Below, piece after piece: positions 42,685 to 51,754 of a DNA stretch of 52,924 nt. The notes below the pieces were generated by a model. That model ran no database searches and was not told the origin of the DNA. It worked only from the letters and a program-made list of their open reading frames with translations. Source of the DNA: a virus (Duplodnaviria; Caudoviricetes). A program made the translations under genes and the position numbers. Positions within the stretch are counted from its first letter, which is position 1, and every line of letters starts with the position of its first letter. The DNA is taken from positions 1 through 52,924 of the IMG/VR virus record IMGVR_UViG_3300045973_001495; one strand, given 5' to 3'.

Positions 42685-43656
42685 ATGTCTAGTACCAATC
42701 TTGCAGTATTTAATTTCGAATCTTTCCCTGTTCGTACCGTTAAAAAAGATGATGACGCATGGTTTGTTGCATCTGACGCTTGCGCGGCTCTTGGGCTTGG
42801 GAATGCGTCACTGGCAGTAAACGGGCGTGCAGACAGAGATAGTGATGGATTAGATGAAGAAGATAGGGGGCTTGCCACTGTCAATACCCCCTCCGGCGAA
42901 CAACAAATGTTAGTCGTCAATGAATCCGGCCTTTACAACCTAATTTTCAAATCGCGAAAACCCGAAGCCAAGAAGTTCAAGAAGTGGGTAACGTCTGAAG
43001 TCCTCCCCGCCATCCGAAAGACCGGCAAGTACCAAGCTAAAGCGGAGAGTCGTTACAAGTTTCCAACACCGTGGACAACCGAAATCGCTGGCGTCACAGA
43101 AGTTGGAGTGTGCTGGCAGAAAAACCAACGCTGGGTACGAATTGGCGGGTATGGCGAATCGCGGGGGAATTCAAGACTAGAACGAGTTTGTAAAGGTCTG
43201 AATCAAACCATCGTCAGTTACTTCGATACGTTCATCAAGCAAGGCATGACAACCGAAGTGCCCTACGAACGCAATACAACTTGCGTAGTGCTAAACCTGC
43301 CCGGCCTACTCTTCGCGCTGAACCGCTGCCGCGCCTCAGCCGATCAGCGTATGGCTATCGACTGGTGCATTTCAACAATGGCAAGCGATGCTGCATTTAT
43401 CGCCACGCTTGAAGCCGACATGGGCGCTCCCGAGCAAGTTGATATAGATAAGTTAGTTGCCGACAAGATGGCTGAAATGCACAAGGATTCGGTGCTGGTC
43501 TCTAAAGAGAAGTTGTCCGAGCTAGTCAACATGCACAGCCAAACTGCAAATTATCTGAACAGCAAGACACGCAAGGCTAAGAAGCTCATGGGCATTGAGA
43601 TATTGCCGCCTTGGCATGGCTACCAAGAGAAGCTACGGCTACCGAAAGCCGCCTAA
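42685..43656 (+). CDS. BRO-N domain antirepressor
   Basis: WFVASDAC..LG and TPSGEQQMLVVNESGLY..IFKSRKPEAKKFKKWVTSEVLPAIRKTGKY. Confidence 0.9.
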   Translation: MSSTNLAVFNFESFPVRTVKKDDDAWFVASDACAALGLGNASLAVNGRADRDSDGLDEEDRGLATVNTPSGEQQMLVVNESGLYNLIFKSRKPEAKKFKKWVTSEVLPAIRKTGKYQAKAESRYKFPTPWTTEIAGVTEVGVCWQKNQRWVRIGGYGESRGNSRLERVCKGLNQTIVSYFDTFIKQGMTTEVPYERNTTCVVLNLPGLLFALNRCRASADQRMAIDWCISTMASDAAFIATLEADMGAPEQVDIDKLVADKMAEMHKDSVLVSKEKLSELVNMHSQTANYLNSKTRKAKKLMGIEILPPWHGYQEKLRLPKAA

Positions 43657-43664
43657 CAACCAAA

Positions 43665-43690
43665 CACCCCGCACATGCGGGGTTTTTTAC
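43665..43690 (+). terminator. Intrinsic terminator
   Basis: ACCCCGC-ACAT-GCGGGGT followed by a T tract. Confidence 0.7.
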
Positions 43691-43701
43691 GGGCTTAGAA
43701 A

Positions 43702-44766
43702 ATGAAAATCCCCACTGGCCTAATCGAAGACCGCGACCAGACGCTAGACGATATTGACGCGGCAATGGAAGAACGCGCAGCGCTGGAACAAGAGCGCCCT
43801 TACTTTGGCATGTCTGGCATGAAAGATTGCGCCCGCGCTATGTGGTACGGGTTCAGGTGGGCGGTTAAGCCCGCATTCAAGGCTGGCACGCTGCGCAAGT
43901 TTGAAGACGGCCACCGAACTGAAGACTTGATGGCTGCACGGTTGCGCATGGTTGAAGGCATCACGCTTTACACGCACGACCCAGCCACCGGCAAGCAGTT
44001 TGGTTTTCAGGATTTTGGCGGGCATTTCAAAGGCCACATGGACGGCGCAATAAAAGGCATTTATGCCGCGCCAAAAAAATGGCATGTGTGGGAATGCAAA
44101 GCGTCAGGAGATGACGTTTACACCAAGTTTCTGAAGGCCAAGAAAGACAAGGGCAGTAAGTCAGCTCTAAAAGACTGGAATCCTACTTACTACGCGCAAG
44201 CCCAGCTTTATATGCACTACTCAAAAATGGATCGCCACTACCTGACGGTAACAAGTGCAGGAGGGCGCGACCACACAAGTTGCCGAACTGAGTACAGCCA
44301 ACAGGATGCGGAGCAATTTATTGCCCGCGCTGAGTCGGTAATTTTTGCCGATGAGCCACCGTTGCGCCCCTATTCGGCAGACTTTTTTAAGTGCAAATGG
44401 TGCGACTTCCGCCAGATTTGCCACAACACCGAAGCGCCTAACGTCAACTGCCGCACCTGTGCGCATAGCACTGTGCAGCGTGCAGGCGGGTGGACGTGTG
44501 ACAAAGCCGAGCCGGTTGAAATCACAGTGGAACAACAGCGAGCCGGGTGCGGATCGCATCGGTACATACCGATCCTCTTGGACAACTTCGCGGAAATGGT
44601 CACAGCCAACGCGGGGGATGTCGCCTACCGCAACAAGCTGACAGAAAACACCTTCACCAATGGCGATCTAAGCAGCGTGGAAATCAAAGCCGCGCAGGAC
44701 AAGAGCGCCCTTGGTGATCCAGACGTACAAGCCCTACGCGCTGCGGGGGCGACAATTACAGGGTAA
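43702..44766 (+). CDS. Cas4-like PD-(D/E)xK exonuclease with C-terminal Cys/His cluster
   Basis: CAR..W, GHMDG, WECK, QAQLYM, CKWCDFRQIC, then CRTCAH..C..C..H. Confidence 0.85.
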   Translation: MKIPTGLIEDRDQTLDDIDAAMEERAALEQERPYFGMSGMKDCARAMWYGFRWAVKPAFKAGTLRKFEDGHRTEDLMAARLRMVEGITLYTHDPATGKQFGFQDFGGHFKGHMDGAIKGIYAAPKKWHVWECKASGDDVYTKFLKAKKDKGSKSALKDWNPTYYAQAQLYMHYSKMDRHYLTVTSAGGRDHTSCRTEYSQQDAEQFIARAESVIFADEPPLRPYSADFFKCKWCDFRQICHNTEAPNVNCRTCAHSTVQRAGGWTCDKAEPVEITVEQQRAGCGSHRYIPILLDNFAEMVTANAGDVAYRNKLTENTFTNGDLSSVEIKAAQDKSALGDPDVQALRAAGATITG

Positions 44767-44770
44767 ACAA

Positions 44771-46495
44771 ATGGAATTGCGACCGTACCAAGAGGAAGCG
44801 CTAGACGATCTGCTGACATGGTGGAACGGACATAAACAGTTTGACCATGACGCACCTGTACTGGTGCTGCCCACTGGTGGTGGTAAAGCGATTCTGTGCG
44901 CCGCCCTTGTTCACAAGATGTTCGATACGTTCCCCCATGAGCATCCTAGAACCTTAGTTCTTGTACCCAGCAAGGAGCTAGCAGAACAAAACGCCGAGAA
45001 GTTGCGCGCTGTTGTGCAGCCCCATTTGACCATTGGCTACTACAGCGCCGCGCTTGGCCGCAAGCGCCCTGACGCTGACGTAATCGTTGCCACCATTGGC
45101 AGTGTTTACCAAGCAGCGCACTTGCTGGGTGACATCAAAATGGTGATCGTAGACGAGTGCCATATGGTTTCTCCTGACGGCGCAGGCCGATACAGGCAAC
45201 TGCTGCGCGACCTAGCCAAGTATTGCAGCTTCAGAGTCGTCGGATTAACAGCAACACCCTTTCGCGGGAATGGTGTTTGGATTACTGACGGTGAAGACCC
45301 ATTTTTCACCGGCATCATCGACAAGATTGGCATTCTCAAGCTGATTGAGTTGGGTTTCCTCGCCCCGCTGGTGCGCCCTGTAGATGCGATACAAACCCGC
45401 ATTGACACTAGCACCATCGAGATTGCCAGCACCGGCGATTACAAGATTGACCAGTTAAGCGACTGCGTTAGCGAGTACATCACCGGCATTGCTGAAGAAA
45501 CGGTAAGACTCGCCGCCGAGCGCAGGAAGTGGATTGCATTCTGCGCCACCGTGGCAAACGCTACTCTGCTACGCGATACCCTGCGCGGCTTGGGAATCAC
45601 CGCTGAGGTTGTGGTGGGTGACACACCAAAGGCCGAACGCGAACGTCTGATTAAGCAATTCAAAGCTGGCGAAATTCGCTGCCTCATTTCAGTCATTGCC
45701 CTAACGACTGGATTTGACGTGCCGGATGTGGATTGTGTGATCTGGTGTCGGCCTACCCGTTCACCCGTGCTGTACGTCCAAGGTTCTGGTCGCGGCCTAC
45801 GAATTTCACCCGGCAAAACAGATTGCTTATGGCTAGACTTCTCCGATACCACCGACCGACTAGGCGCAATCGACGCAATCAAGGGCCGCAAGAAGATCAA
45901 GCGCAGCGCAGAAGACCGCGAAGCCCCGCACGCAACCTGCCCCGAATGTGGGTGTCTGGTACGTCCGGCAAGTCTGATGTACTGCCCAGAATGTAACGCC
46001 CTGATGCGGGAAATCGTGGACGAGCGCCGCGCAGCCAGCAACGCCGCTGTACTTAGCACCCAAGCCCTTCCAGCGATTGTGCGCAAGGAAGTGAACCGCG
46101 TTACCTACGCCAAGCACAGCAAGCCGGACAAGCCGGATTCGCTCAAGGTTGAGTATTGGGATGGCCTAACCCACATCGCAACCGAGTGGATATGCCTAGA
46201 GCACACAGGCTGGGCAAAAGAAAAGGCTGCATCTTGGTGGACGTATCGCATGCCAAGCGATTGCCAATTGCCGCCGAACGTAGATACCGCCGTGAGCTGG
46301 ATCAAGATGGGCTACCCACTCGCCCAACCTTGCGCCGTCATCGTCAACAAAAAAGCCGCCAGCGGTTTCCCTGAGATTCTTGATTATGAATGGCCTCAAT
46401 CGGCAACAGATAGCACTGAAGCGGGACATGCTGGAGCGAGAGTTGAAGTTCTTGAACGGCATCCAATCGGATTGCACGACCTGCCTGCATTTTGA
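44771..46495 (+). CDS. SF2 DNA helicase (RadD/YejH-like) with zinc ribbon
   Basis: LRPYQ, PTGGGK, DECH, TATP, TGFD, Q.SGRGLR and two CPEC motifs. Confidence 0.9.
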   Translation: MELRPYQEEALDDLLTWWNGHKQFDHDAPVLVLPTGGGKAILCAALVHKMFDTFPHEHPRTLVLVPSKELAEQNAEKLRAVVQPHLTIGYYSAALGRKRPDADVIVATIGSVYQAAHLLGDIKMVIVDECHMVSPDGAGRYRQLLRDLAKYCSFRVVGLTATPFRGNGVWITDGEDPFFTGIIDKIGILKLIELGFLAPLVRPVDAIQTRIDTSTIEIASTGDYKIDQLSDCVSEYITGIAEETVRLAAERRKWIAFCATVANATLLRDTLRGLGITAEVVVGDTPKAERERLIKQFKAGEIRCLISVIALTTGFDVPDVDCVIWCRPTRSPVLYVQGSGRGLRISPGKTDCLWLDFSDTTDRLGAIDAIKGRKKIKRSAEDREAPHATCPECGCLVRPASLMYCPECNALMREIVDERRAASNAAVLSTQALPAIVRKEVNRVTYAKHSKPDKPDSLKVEYWDGLTHIATEWICLEHTGWAKEKAASWWTYRMPSDCQLPPNVDTAVSWIKMGYPLAQPCAVIVNKKAASGFPEILDYEWPQSATDSTEAGHAGARVEVLERHPIGLHDLPAF

Positions 46496-46589
46496 AGGCG
46501 TGCATTGCAAAAAATATGACACAGCACCGCCGCCCGAGTTTCGGAAGGTTGGTTGCGATGAATGGAGCTGGGATGCGATACCTTTTTAG
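46386..46589 (+). CDS. Small Cys-rich protein
   Basis: CTTCLHF...C....PP......CDEW..D.IPF; overlaps the helicase end. Confidence 0.65.
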   Translation: MNGLNRQQIALKRDMLERELKFLNGIQSDCTTCLHFEGVHCKKYDTAPPPEFRKVGCDEWSWDAIPF

Positions 46590-46605
46590 AGACAAGCCGA
46601 AACTA

Positions 46606-46722
46606 ATGCAACGCATCAAGAGTGAATTGCTAGACATCACGTTAGCGCTTGTTGCCAGCGGCGCAATCCTGCTGCTGCTTTGGACAGCCAGCGACGTAGT
46701 ACAGCATTGGGGTATGCCGTAA
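46606..46722 (+). CDS. Small membrane protein (38 aa)
   Basis: Single hydrophobic helix, followed by a terminator. Confidence 0.4.
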   Translation: MQRIKSELLDITLALVASGAILLLLWTASDVVQHWGMP

Positions 46723-46742
46723 CTGGCTGCCAATAGACAAAC

Positions 46743-46768
46743 AAACCCGCCAGTGTGCGGGTTTTTTA
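46743..46768 (+). terminator. Intrinsic terminator
   Basis: AAACCCGC-CAGTGT-GCGGGTTTTTT. Confidence 0.7.
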
Positions 46769-46775
46769 ATGGGGT

Positions 46776-47081
46776 TTGATAATGCTTAACGGTTCAACAC
46801 TAATCAATGAATCACCAGAAGAATTAACAATTGAACGTGCATTAGAGGAAAGCAATTTCACGCTAAACCGCCGATGCAGTCGAGCGGAACAGCAGGCAGA
46901 CGAATTGCGCTTGCAATTGGAAATCATCACAACAAGCAGCGAGATAAAAGACAGCACCATTGCAGGGCTTCGCCGCGATAACGCCGTCATGGCCTTTGCG
47001 CTGGGCATTTTGGCGAACACCGACAATTTGTCGCACGCCAAGGTTGCGAAAGATGCGCTAGCTAATCGGGTGATGAAATGA
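46776..47081 (+). CDS. Hypothetical coiled-coil protein
   Basis: About 100 aa, ATGA overlap with the next gene. Confidence 0.6.
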   Translation: MIMLNGSTLINESPEELTIERALEESNFTLNRRCSRAEQQADELRLQLEIITTSSEIKDSTIAGLRRDNAVMAFALGILANTDNLSHAKVAKDALANRVMK

Positions 47082-47617
47082 AAACAGACAGCTTGATTAT
47101 TAGTGTTGCGGGGGTTTTAACAAATGGCGGTTATTACACATCGGCAAATCTAGCTGCAAAACTAGGCGCAAAAAGACGAGCAATTAACAGGGCGCTTGAG
47201 AAACTTGTTTTTGAACGGTTCGCTATTCGGTCTGAATTAAAAAATGGCAATCTTGATAAGACATACCTGTATTCGCATATCGAAGGCGCTTTGTTAAATT
47301 TAGAACGGCCAAAGAAGCGAACAATTAAACAAGTTGTTTTACAAGCAATTTGCGATTTAGAAACAGACGATAGACGAAAAATTGCAGATAAAACTGGCCT
47401 TGATATTTTGCAAATTAAAAACGCTTTCTGGCTACTTTCTAGGTCTGGTGATATTCGTATAAATGAATTTGGCGGCTGGGAAGTAATCAAGCCGGAAAAG
47501 TCTATGTCGGTTGATTCTAATTCAAAAGTAAGAGTGATTACTTTCCCTGATAACTGGAAGCCACAACCAGCATTGCGCGTTGTTGTTAATCCTCAATCAA
47601 GTTACGAATACGGTTAA
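47078..47617 (+). CDS. Putative tandem winged-helix DNA-binding protein (AT-rich)
   Basis: TSANLAAKLG...INRALEKL and IADKTGL....IKNA...L...G wHTH-like segments. Confidence 0.55.
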   Translation: MKTDSLIISVAGVLTNGGYYTSANLAAKLGAKRRAINRALEKLVFERFAIRSELKNGNLDKTYLYSHIEGALLNLERPKKRTIKQVVLQAICDLETDDRRKIADKTGLDILQIKNAFWLLSRSGDIRINEFGGWEVIKPEKSMSVDSNSKVRVITFPDNWKPQPALRVVVNPQSSYEYG

Positions 47618-47621
47618 ATCC

Positions 47622-48068
47622 ATGAGCCTAAAAGAAACGCTGCGCCTAAAACGCGAAGCCAAGCAAGCCGCCAAGGTCGCCGCGTTTGATCTGCCAATGG
47701 CGACTAACCCGCAATGCCGCTTTTTCCATGACCTATTCAGCAAGGTGCGCAAAGTCTGCATTGATGGCATCGGCGGGGTGAGCGTGGTTGACGCAACCAC
47801 ATGGATGCAATGGCGCTCGCTGCTGATTACCTGCCGATTCGTACTGGCGGAGACAGGCCAGCGCCGCGACTTGACCAGCCTTCACAACGTACTAACCCGC
47901 GCCGGTAATCAGGCTGAGTTAGCGCCGCGAGACTTGGAATTGTTGCTTGCCGAATCCACAGCGCTGTACCGCGACGCCATCCAGCAGCCTATGCGGGTTT
48001 GGCAGATTGCCGACATCGACACACAACTTTACGCCCACTTGCACAAGTTTGAAGTGCGGGGGCTTTAG
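47622..48068 (+). CDS. Hypothetical protein
   Basis: 148-aa ORF within the operon. Confidence 0.6.
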   Translation: MSLKETLRLKREAKQAAKVAAFDLPMATNPQCRFFHDLFSKVRKVCIDGIGGVSVVDATTWMQWRSLLITCRFVLAETGQRRDLTSLHNVLTRAGNQAELAPRDLELLLAESTALYRDAIQQPMRVWQIADIDTQLYAHLHKFEVRGL

Positions 48069-48077
48069 GGGAATTGA

Positions 48078-48377
48078 ATGCTGACTGACGACCAAATATT
48101 TGAAATTGCCGAAGCGAGTCAAAGCGGTTTCACGCCGCATGACGACACGCTCCGCTTCGCCCGAGCCATCCTCGCCGCCCACGAAGCAGCACCGCACCCC
48201 GACACCGTGAGGCTGGATGGGGTGATTAAGCACCATATCAAAGTCTATGAAACGATGCGTGGCGGCTTCTTTGCCTTATACCCCGATGCCCTTGGCGGCA
48301 ATGTCGCAACTGAATACCACCCCACACCCCGCGCCGCCGTAGACGAGGCGCTTGCGAAATTGGAGGCGACGAAATGA
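48078..48377 (+). CDS. Hypothetical protein (ends LEATK)
   Basis: LTDDQI...FARAI.AA, D..RLD and R.AVD.A modules typical of phage accessory genes. Confidence 0.65.
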   Translation: MLTDDQIFEIAEASQSGFTPHDDTLRFARAILAAHEAAPHPDTVRLDGVIKHHIKVYETMRGGFFALYPDALGGNVATEYHPTPRAAVDEALAKLEATK

Positions 48378-48793
48378 GCAACAAAAGCTTAATGGAAAAG
48401 CTGTTTAACGAAACAGCGCGAATCGAAGAAGTTATCTACTTAGCCGGTGCAATTAGCCAAGTTGATTGCTTCCCTGACCGGCTGCGTAGGTTTCTCGAAG
48501 GTGAGTTTGAAGCCATAGACGAGGCGCTTGGTGAAATGCCGGAATACTGCGACCTAGAGGCTGACAGAAATCTAATGTGCGAAATGTTCTTTGACTGGAT
48601 GAGAGACACGAACCGATTCGGGTACTTGGTGCAGTTCGCCACGCCGGTAATGCGCCCAACCGGTAAGAACTCGGCCATGTTCTCTTGGGGGCACTACACA
48701 ACCACTTGGGTATACGGCGACACGATAGCAGAGGCAGTAAGGAAAGGTATGAAATGGGTGAAAGCCCAGCGCAAATTGGAGGCAACGAAATGA
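48374..48793 (+). CDS. Hypothetical protein (ends LEATK)
   Basis: 139 aa, GGAGG RBS, ATGA overlaps. Confidence 0.7.
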   Translation: MSNKSLMEKLFNETARIEEVIYLAGAISQVDCFPDRLRRFLEGEFEAIDEALGEMPEYCDLEADRNLMCEMFFDWMRDTNRFGYLVQFATPVMRPTGKNSAMFSWGHYTTTWVYGDTIAEAVRKGMKWVKAQRKLEATK

Positions 48794-49155
48794 TTACCAA
48801 ACCAGAAATCAACGAAGGCGAAACCTACATCGGCGCAATCATTCACGCCGATGGCACCGGCCACCACATCATCTTGCTAACAGGCGATATTGAAGCAACT
48901 TGGGCTATGGCGATGGAGTGGGCAAAAGTACGCGGCGGAGACCTACCCGACCGCACCGAACAGGCAATGATGTACGCCAATCACCGTGATCAGTTCGACA
49001 ACGACGCGGCCTATTGGAGCAACACCACGGATGAAGACGGTGACGGCTGGGCTTGGTGTCAGGATTTCTTCAATGGCACTCAGGCCACCAGCCACAAGCG
49101 CCACGCGCTCCGTGCGCGTGCCGTCCGGCGTGTTCCTTTGGAGGCGACGAAATGA
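48790..49155 (+). CDS. DUF1566 (Lcl) domain protein
   Basis: W..AMEWA...GGDLP.R.E, YWS, AW.Q.F..G and RARAVRR motifs. Confidence 0.85.
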   Translation: MITKPEINEGETYIGAIIHADGTGHHIILLTGDIEATWAMAMEWAKVRGGDLPDRTEQAMMYANHRDQFDNDAAYWSNTTDEDGDGWAWCQDFFNGTQATSHKRHALRARAVRRVPLEATK

Positions 49156-49685
49156 TTACCAAAGTTGAAGCGCTAGCTGACCAGTGGCTAAACAGCGGCA
49201 AAGGTGAATGGCACGCGGCTGGCGTGGAAATGTACAACGCCCTCCGCGAAATCGCTGCGACGATGCGGCGTGGTGAAGTAGAAATGCCCGAACCGCATAA
49301 GCCACCAATGTACGCGACTAGCGAAAACACTCCGGCTGTTCGTGATGGTTACGCAGTTGGCGGATACGAAATCGAGGAGGGTCTGTATTCGTATGACCAG
49401 ATGGTTGCTTATGCTGACGCCGCCGTACTGGCTGCGATAGGGGATGTTTCCCTCATTGATGAGGGTAGTAAGGGAAAACCCGCACCCAAGGCCGAGCCGG
49501 TATCAAAGCCACCACTAACGGGGCGCTGGCACCACGGCTGCGGAACAATCGTATCAGGAACCTTGCGAATCGCGAGAGAGGACTTTGAGTACAACGCCAG
49601 TGACGAATGTAGGGATGAAATATTCGACTGGATTTGCGCAACGCTTAATGCCGCCATCGCAGCGGCGAAGGAACAAGGGCGATGA
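49152..49685 (+). CDS. Hypothetical mosaic accessory protein
   Basis: YS.DQM.AYA motif; ends AAIAAAKEQGR. Confidence 0.65.
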   Translation: MITKVEALADQWLNSGKGEWHAAGVEMYNALREIAATMRRGEVEMPEPHKPPMYATSENTPAVRDGYAVGGYEIEEGLYSYDQMVAYADAAVLAAIGDVSLIDEGSKGKPAPKAEPVSKPPLTGRWHHGCGTIVSGTLRIAREDFEYNASDECRDEIFDWICATLNAAIAAAKEQGR

Positions 49686-50515
49686 GGAACCCATTTTTAA
49701 TCAACTCTCCCACCTGCATTTCGTTCTCTGGCGGCAGAACAAGCGCCTTTATGTTGAAAAAAACAATTGAAGCAAACGACGGATTGCCGCCAGAAGCTAT
49801 AGTCTGTTTTGCAAATACAGGGAAAGAAACAGAAGAAACACTGGAGTTCGTGCGTGATTGTGAACGTAATTGGAATGTGCCAATTCGCTGGCTTGAATTT
49901 CGGGATGATGAACGAAAATTCGCATCGGTTACTTTTGAAACAGCAAGCAGAAATGGTGAACCTTTTGATGCGCTGATAATGAAACGGGGAATGCTGCCAA
50001 ATCCAGTAAGTAGATTTTGCACCGTTGAATTGAAAGTTAGGACAATCCACCGTTATCTAAAATCAATAGGTTGGAGCGAGTGGAATTCATTTCTCGGCAT
50101 CCGCGCCGATGAGCCGTATCGAGTTGCCAAGATAAAAAATAATGACTACGGAAAGCACGAAGAGAAATCTGCCCCACTTGCCGAGGCTGGCGTAACTGCC
50201 GCTGACGTTGGGGATTTTTGGAAAGCACAATTGTTTGATTTGAATCATCCAAACATCAACGGTGTGACTATGGAAGGCAATTGCGATTTGTGCTTTCTAA
50301 AAGGTGGCAATCAAGTATTTAGTTTGATTCAACAAAAACCCGAGCGCGCAATTTGGTGGTCACAAGCAGAAAGCATGATTCAGACCACTAAATTAAGTGG
50401 TCGAAGATTCAGAATTGACAGGCCGTCTTATCAAGAAATGCTGGATTTCGCATCAGCCCAAAAGGATTGGATTGATGATGCAACAGGAAAAATTCCATGC
50501 TATTGCGGAGATTAA
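49682..50515 (+). CDS. PAPS-reductase-family (NinC-like) PP-loop protein
   Basis: SFSGGRTS, FANTGKE, CTVELK, GIRADE, GNCDLCFLK and C-terminal CYCGD motifs. Confidence 0.9.
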   Translation: MRNPFLINSPTCISFSGGRTSAFMLKKTIEANDGLPPEAIVCFANTGKETEETLEFVRDCERNWNVPIRWLEFRDDERKFASVTFETASRNGEPFDALIMKRGMLPNPVSRFCTVELKVRTIHRYLKSIGWSEWNSFLGIRADEPYRVAKIKNNDYGKHEEKSAPLAEAGVTAADVGDFWKAQLFDLNHPNINGVTMEGNCDLCFLKGGNQVFSLIQQKPERAIWWSQAESMIQTTKLSGRRFRIDRPSYQEMLDFASAQKDWIDDATGKIPCYCGD

Positions 50516-50517
50516 CA

Positions 50518-50709
50518 ATGACCCAATTGACCTTTGAAAACTTCTTAGACCCAGCGTATTTCGATATGTGGTGCTTGCGAGTAGCCGGAAGTAAAGACTT
50601 AAACAAGACGCTGCATTTTGCAACAACGGACGAAGCACATCACGCACAAGCACTAATTAAAGAATGGATAGCGGATTCCATCTCAGCGGCGAAGGAGCAA
50701 GGGAAATGA
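50518..50709 (+). CDS. Hypothetical protein
   Basis: 63 aa, GGAG RBS, ends AAKEQGK. Confidence 0.6.
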   Translation: MTQLTFENFLDPAYFDMWCLRVAGSKDLNKTLHFATTDEAHHAQALIKEWIADSISAAKEQGK

Positions 50710-50819
50710 ACTGGAACGTAGTTGGTGAAAACATCGTCCACAGTATCGAGTGGATCGCACGCATAGGGCTGGGTATCTGCCTTGGTTTGAAACTCGCGCA
50801 GGAAGTGGGTGTTATATGA
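50706..50819 (+). CDS. Small membrane peptide (37 aa)
   Basis: Not in the track. ATGA overlaps on both sides; WIARIGLGICLGL. Confidence 0.45.
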   Translation: MNWNVVGENIVHSIEWIARIGLGICLGLKLAQEVGVI

Positions 50820-50980
50820 CCATCACCGCAAACGTACTTCTACCCCTGCTAATCACCGCCGCGCTTGGCTACTGGCGCTGTCGTGCTGATTGGTCGCAGG
50901 TTATTAGCTGGCATATTTATAACGGGTTTGCTGCGGTGTTGTCGGTGGCGGCTTGGCTACTTTGGATGGTGTGGAAATGA
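50816..50980 (+). CDS. Small two-transmembrane protein
   Basis: 54 aa, two hydrophobic helices, ATGA overlaps. Confidence 0.55.
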   Translation: MTITANVLLPLLITAALGYWRCRADWSQVISWHIYNGFAAVLSVAAWLLWMVWK

Positions 50981-51237
50981 GTACCTATCGAGAGCAAAGC
51001 GAGGCTGCGAAGCAGAAGCGGCGAGGCTTAGTAACTCAAGCCGAGCGTCGGCAAGTCAAGAAAAAGAAGGTGGCGAAACCGTACGAGGTTTATGGGGCGG
51101 TCTTTAATTTCGTCACACACCGCTGGGCATCGTTTGCCACAGCAGAGCAGGCGGAGAAGTACATAGCTAAACAGCAACGGGCTATGCCAAGCACTGGCGG
51201 GCAATGGTTCATCGTCTACAAGGAGTCCAATAAATGA
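50977..51237 (+). CDS. Hypothetical basic protein
   Basis: 86 aa, ATGA overlaps. Confidence 0.6.
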   Translation: MSTYREQSEAAKQKRRGLVTQAERRQVKKKKVAKPYEVYGAVFNFVTHRWASFATAEQAEKYIAKQQRAMPSTGGQWFIVYKESNK

Positions 51238-51563
51238 GCGCACTAAAGACCCAAGAAGGCGGAAGCCACTACAAAGACATGAAGATTCAGCCGATGGAAT
51301 ACAGCATGGCGAACAGCCTGAACGCCTGCCAGCACACCATCATTAAGTATGTCAGCCGGTACAAGTCCAAGAACGGGCTGGAGGATTTGAAGAAGGCGAG
51401 GCACACGCTGGATATGCTGATCGAGCTGGAGTACGGCGAAAACGCCGAGGAAACAATAGGAAGATTGCAAAGAGAGTTCCATGACAGGATTTTTATGATG
51501 AAGGCAGCTATTGCCCAAGCAAACGAAAGTGGCTGGGGTATGCAGAATATGGATAAGCCATGA
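51234..51563 (+). CDS. DUF3310 family protein
   Basis: Q.GGSHYK...IQP and IIKYVSR...KNG.EDLKKA motifs. Confidence 0.9.
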   Translation: MSALKTQEGGSHYKDMKIQPMEYSMANSLNACQHTIIKYVSRYKSKNGLEDLKKARHTLDMLIELEYGENAEETIGRLQREFHDRIFMMKAAIAQANESGWGMQNMDKP

Positions 51564-51754
51564 ACCCTCCCCGCCCTGATTGGCTGTACCCAGACGAATA
51601 TCCGCCGCCACACGGCCAAAAGCTGCTGCTGCTAACTACTGGCTGCATCGCCACCACTGGCACATGGAAAGACGAGGATTGCCGCGCATGGTTGCCACTG
51701 CCGGATGATAAAAGGAAAGGCAATGCGAACCTACACGCTAAAAGAAGCCGCTGA
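51560..51754 (+). CDS. Small hypothetical protein (DUF551-like AW.PLP motif)
   Basis: PP.G.KLLLLT..C...G.W....AWLPLP. Confidence 0.6.
   Translation: MNPPRPDWLYPDEYPPPHGQKLLLLTTGCIATTGTWKDEDCRAWLPLPDDKRKGNANLHAKRSR

Larger units (their letters stand above)
48355..49163 (+). repeat. Three gene-junction direct repeats TTGGAGGCRACGAAATGA
   Basis: Copies at 48360-48377, 48776-48801 and 49138-49163; the last two extend to ...ATGATTACCAAA with one mismatch. Confidence 0.85.
49654..50709 (+). repeat. 32-bp imperfect direct repeat flanking the PAPS-reductase cassette
   Basis: CCATCGCAGCGGCGAAGGAACAAGGGCGATGA (49654-49685) versus CCATCTCAGCGGCGAAGGAGCAAGGGAAATGA (50678-50709); 4 mismatches. Confidence 0.8.

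Noticed and set aside
43702-44766. cas4 as part of a CRISPR system
   Set aside because: No array or other cas genes; it sits in a standard Sak4/SSB/nuclease/helicase module.
48790-49155. DUF1566 gene as a diversity-generating retroelement target
   Set aside because: No reverse transcriptase and no template/variable repeat pair seen.
48355-49163. Junction repeats as a CRISPR array or attC sites
   Set aside because: They are separated by whole genes (360-420 bp), are not palindromic, and consist of RBS plus stop/start.
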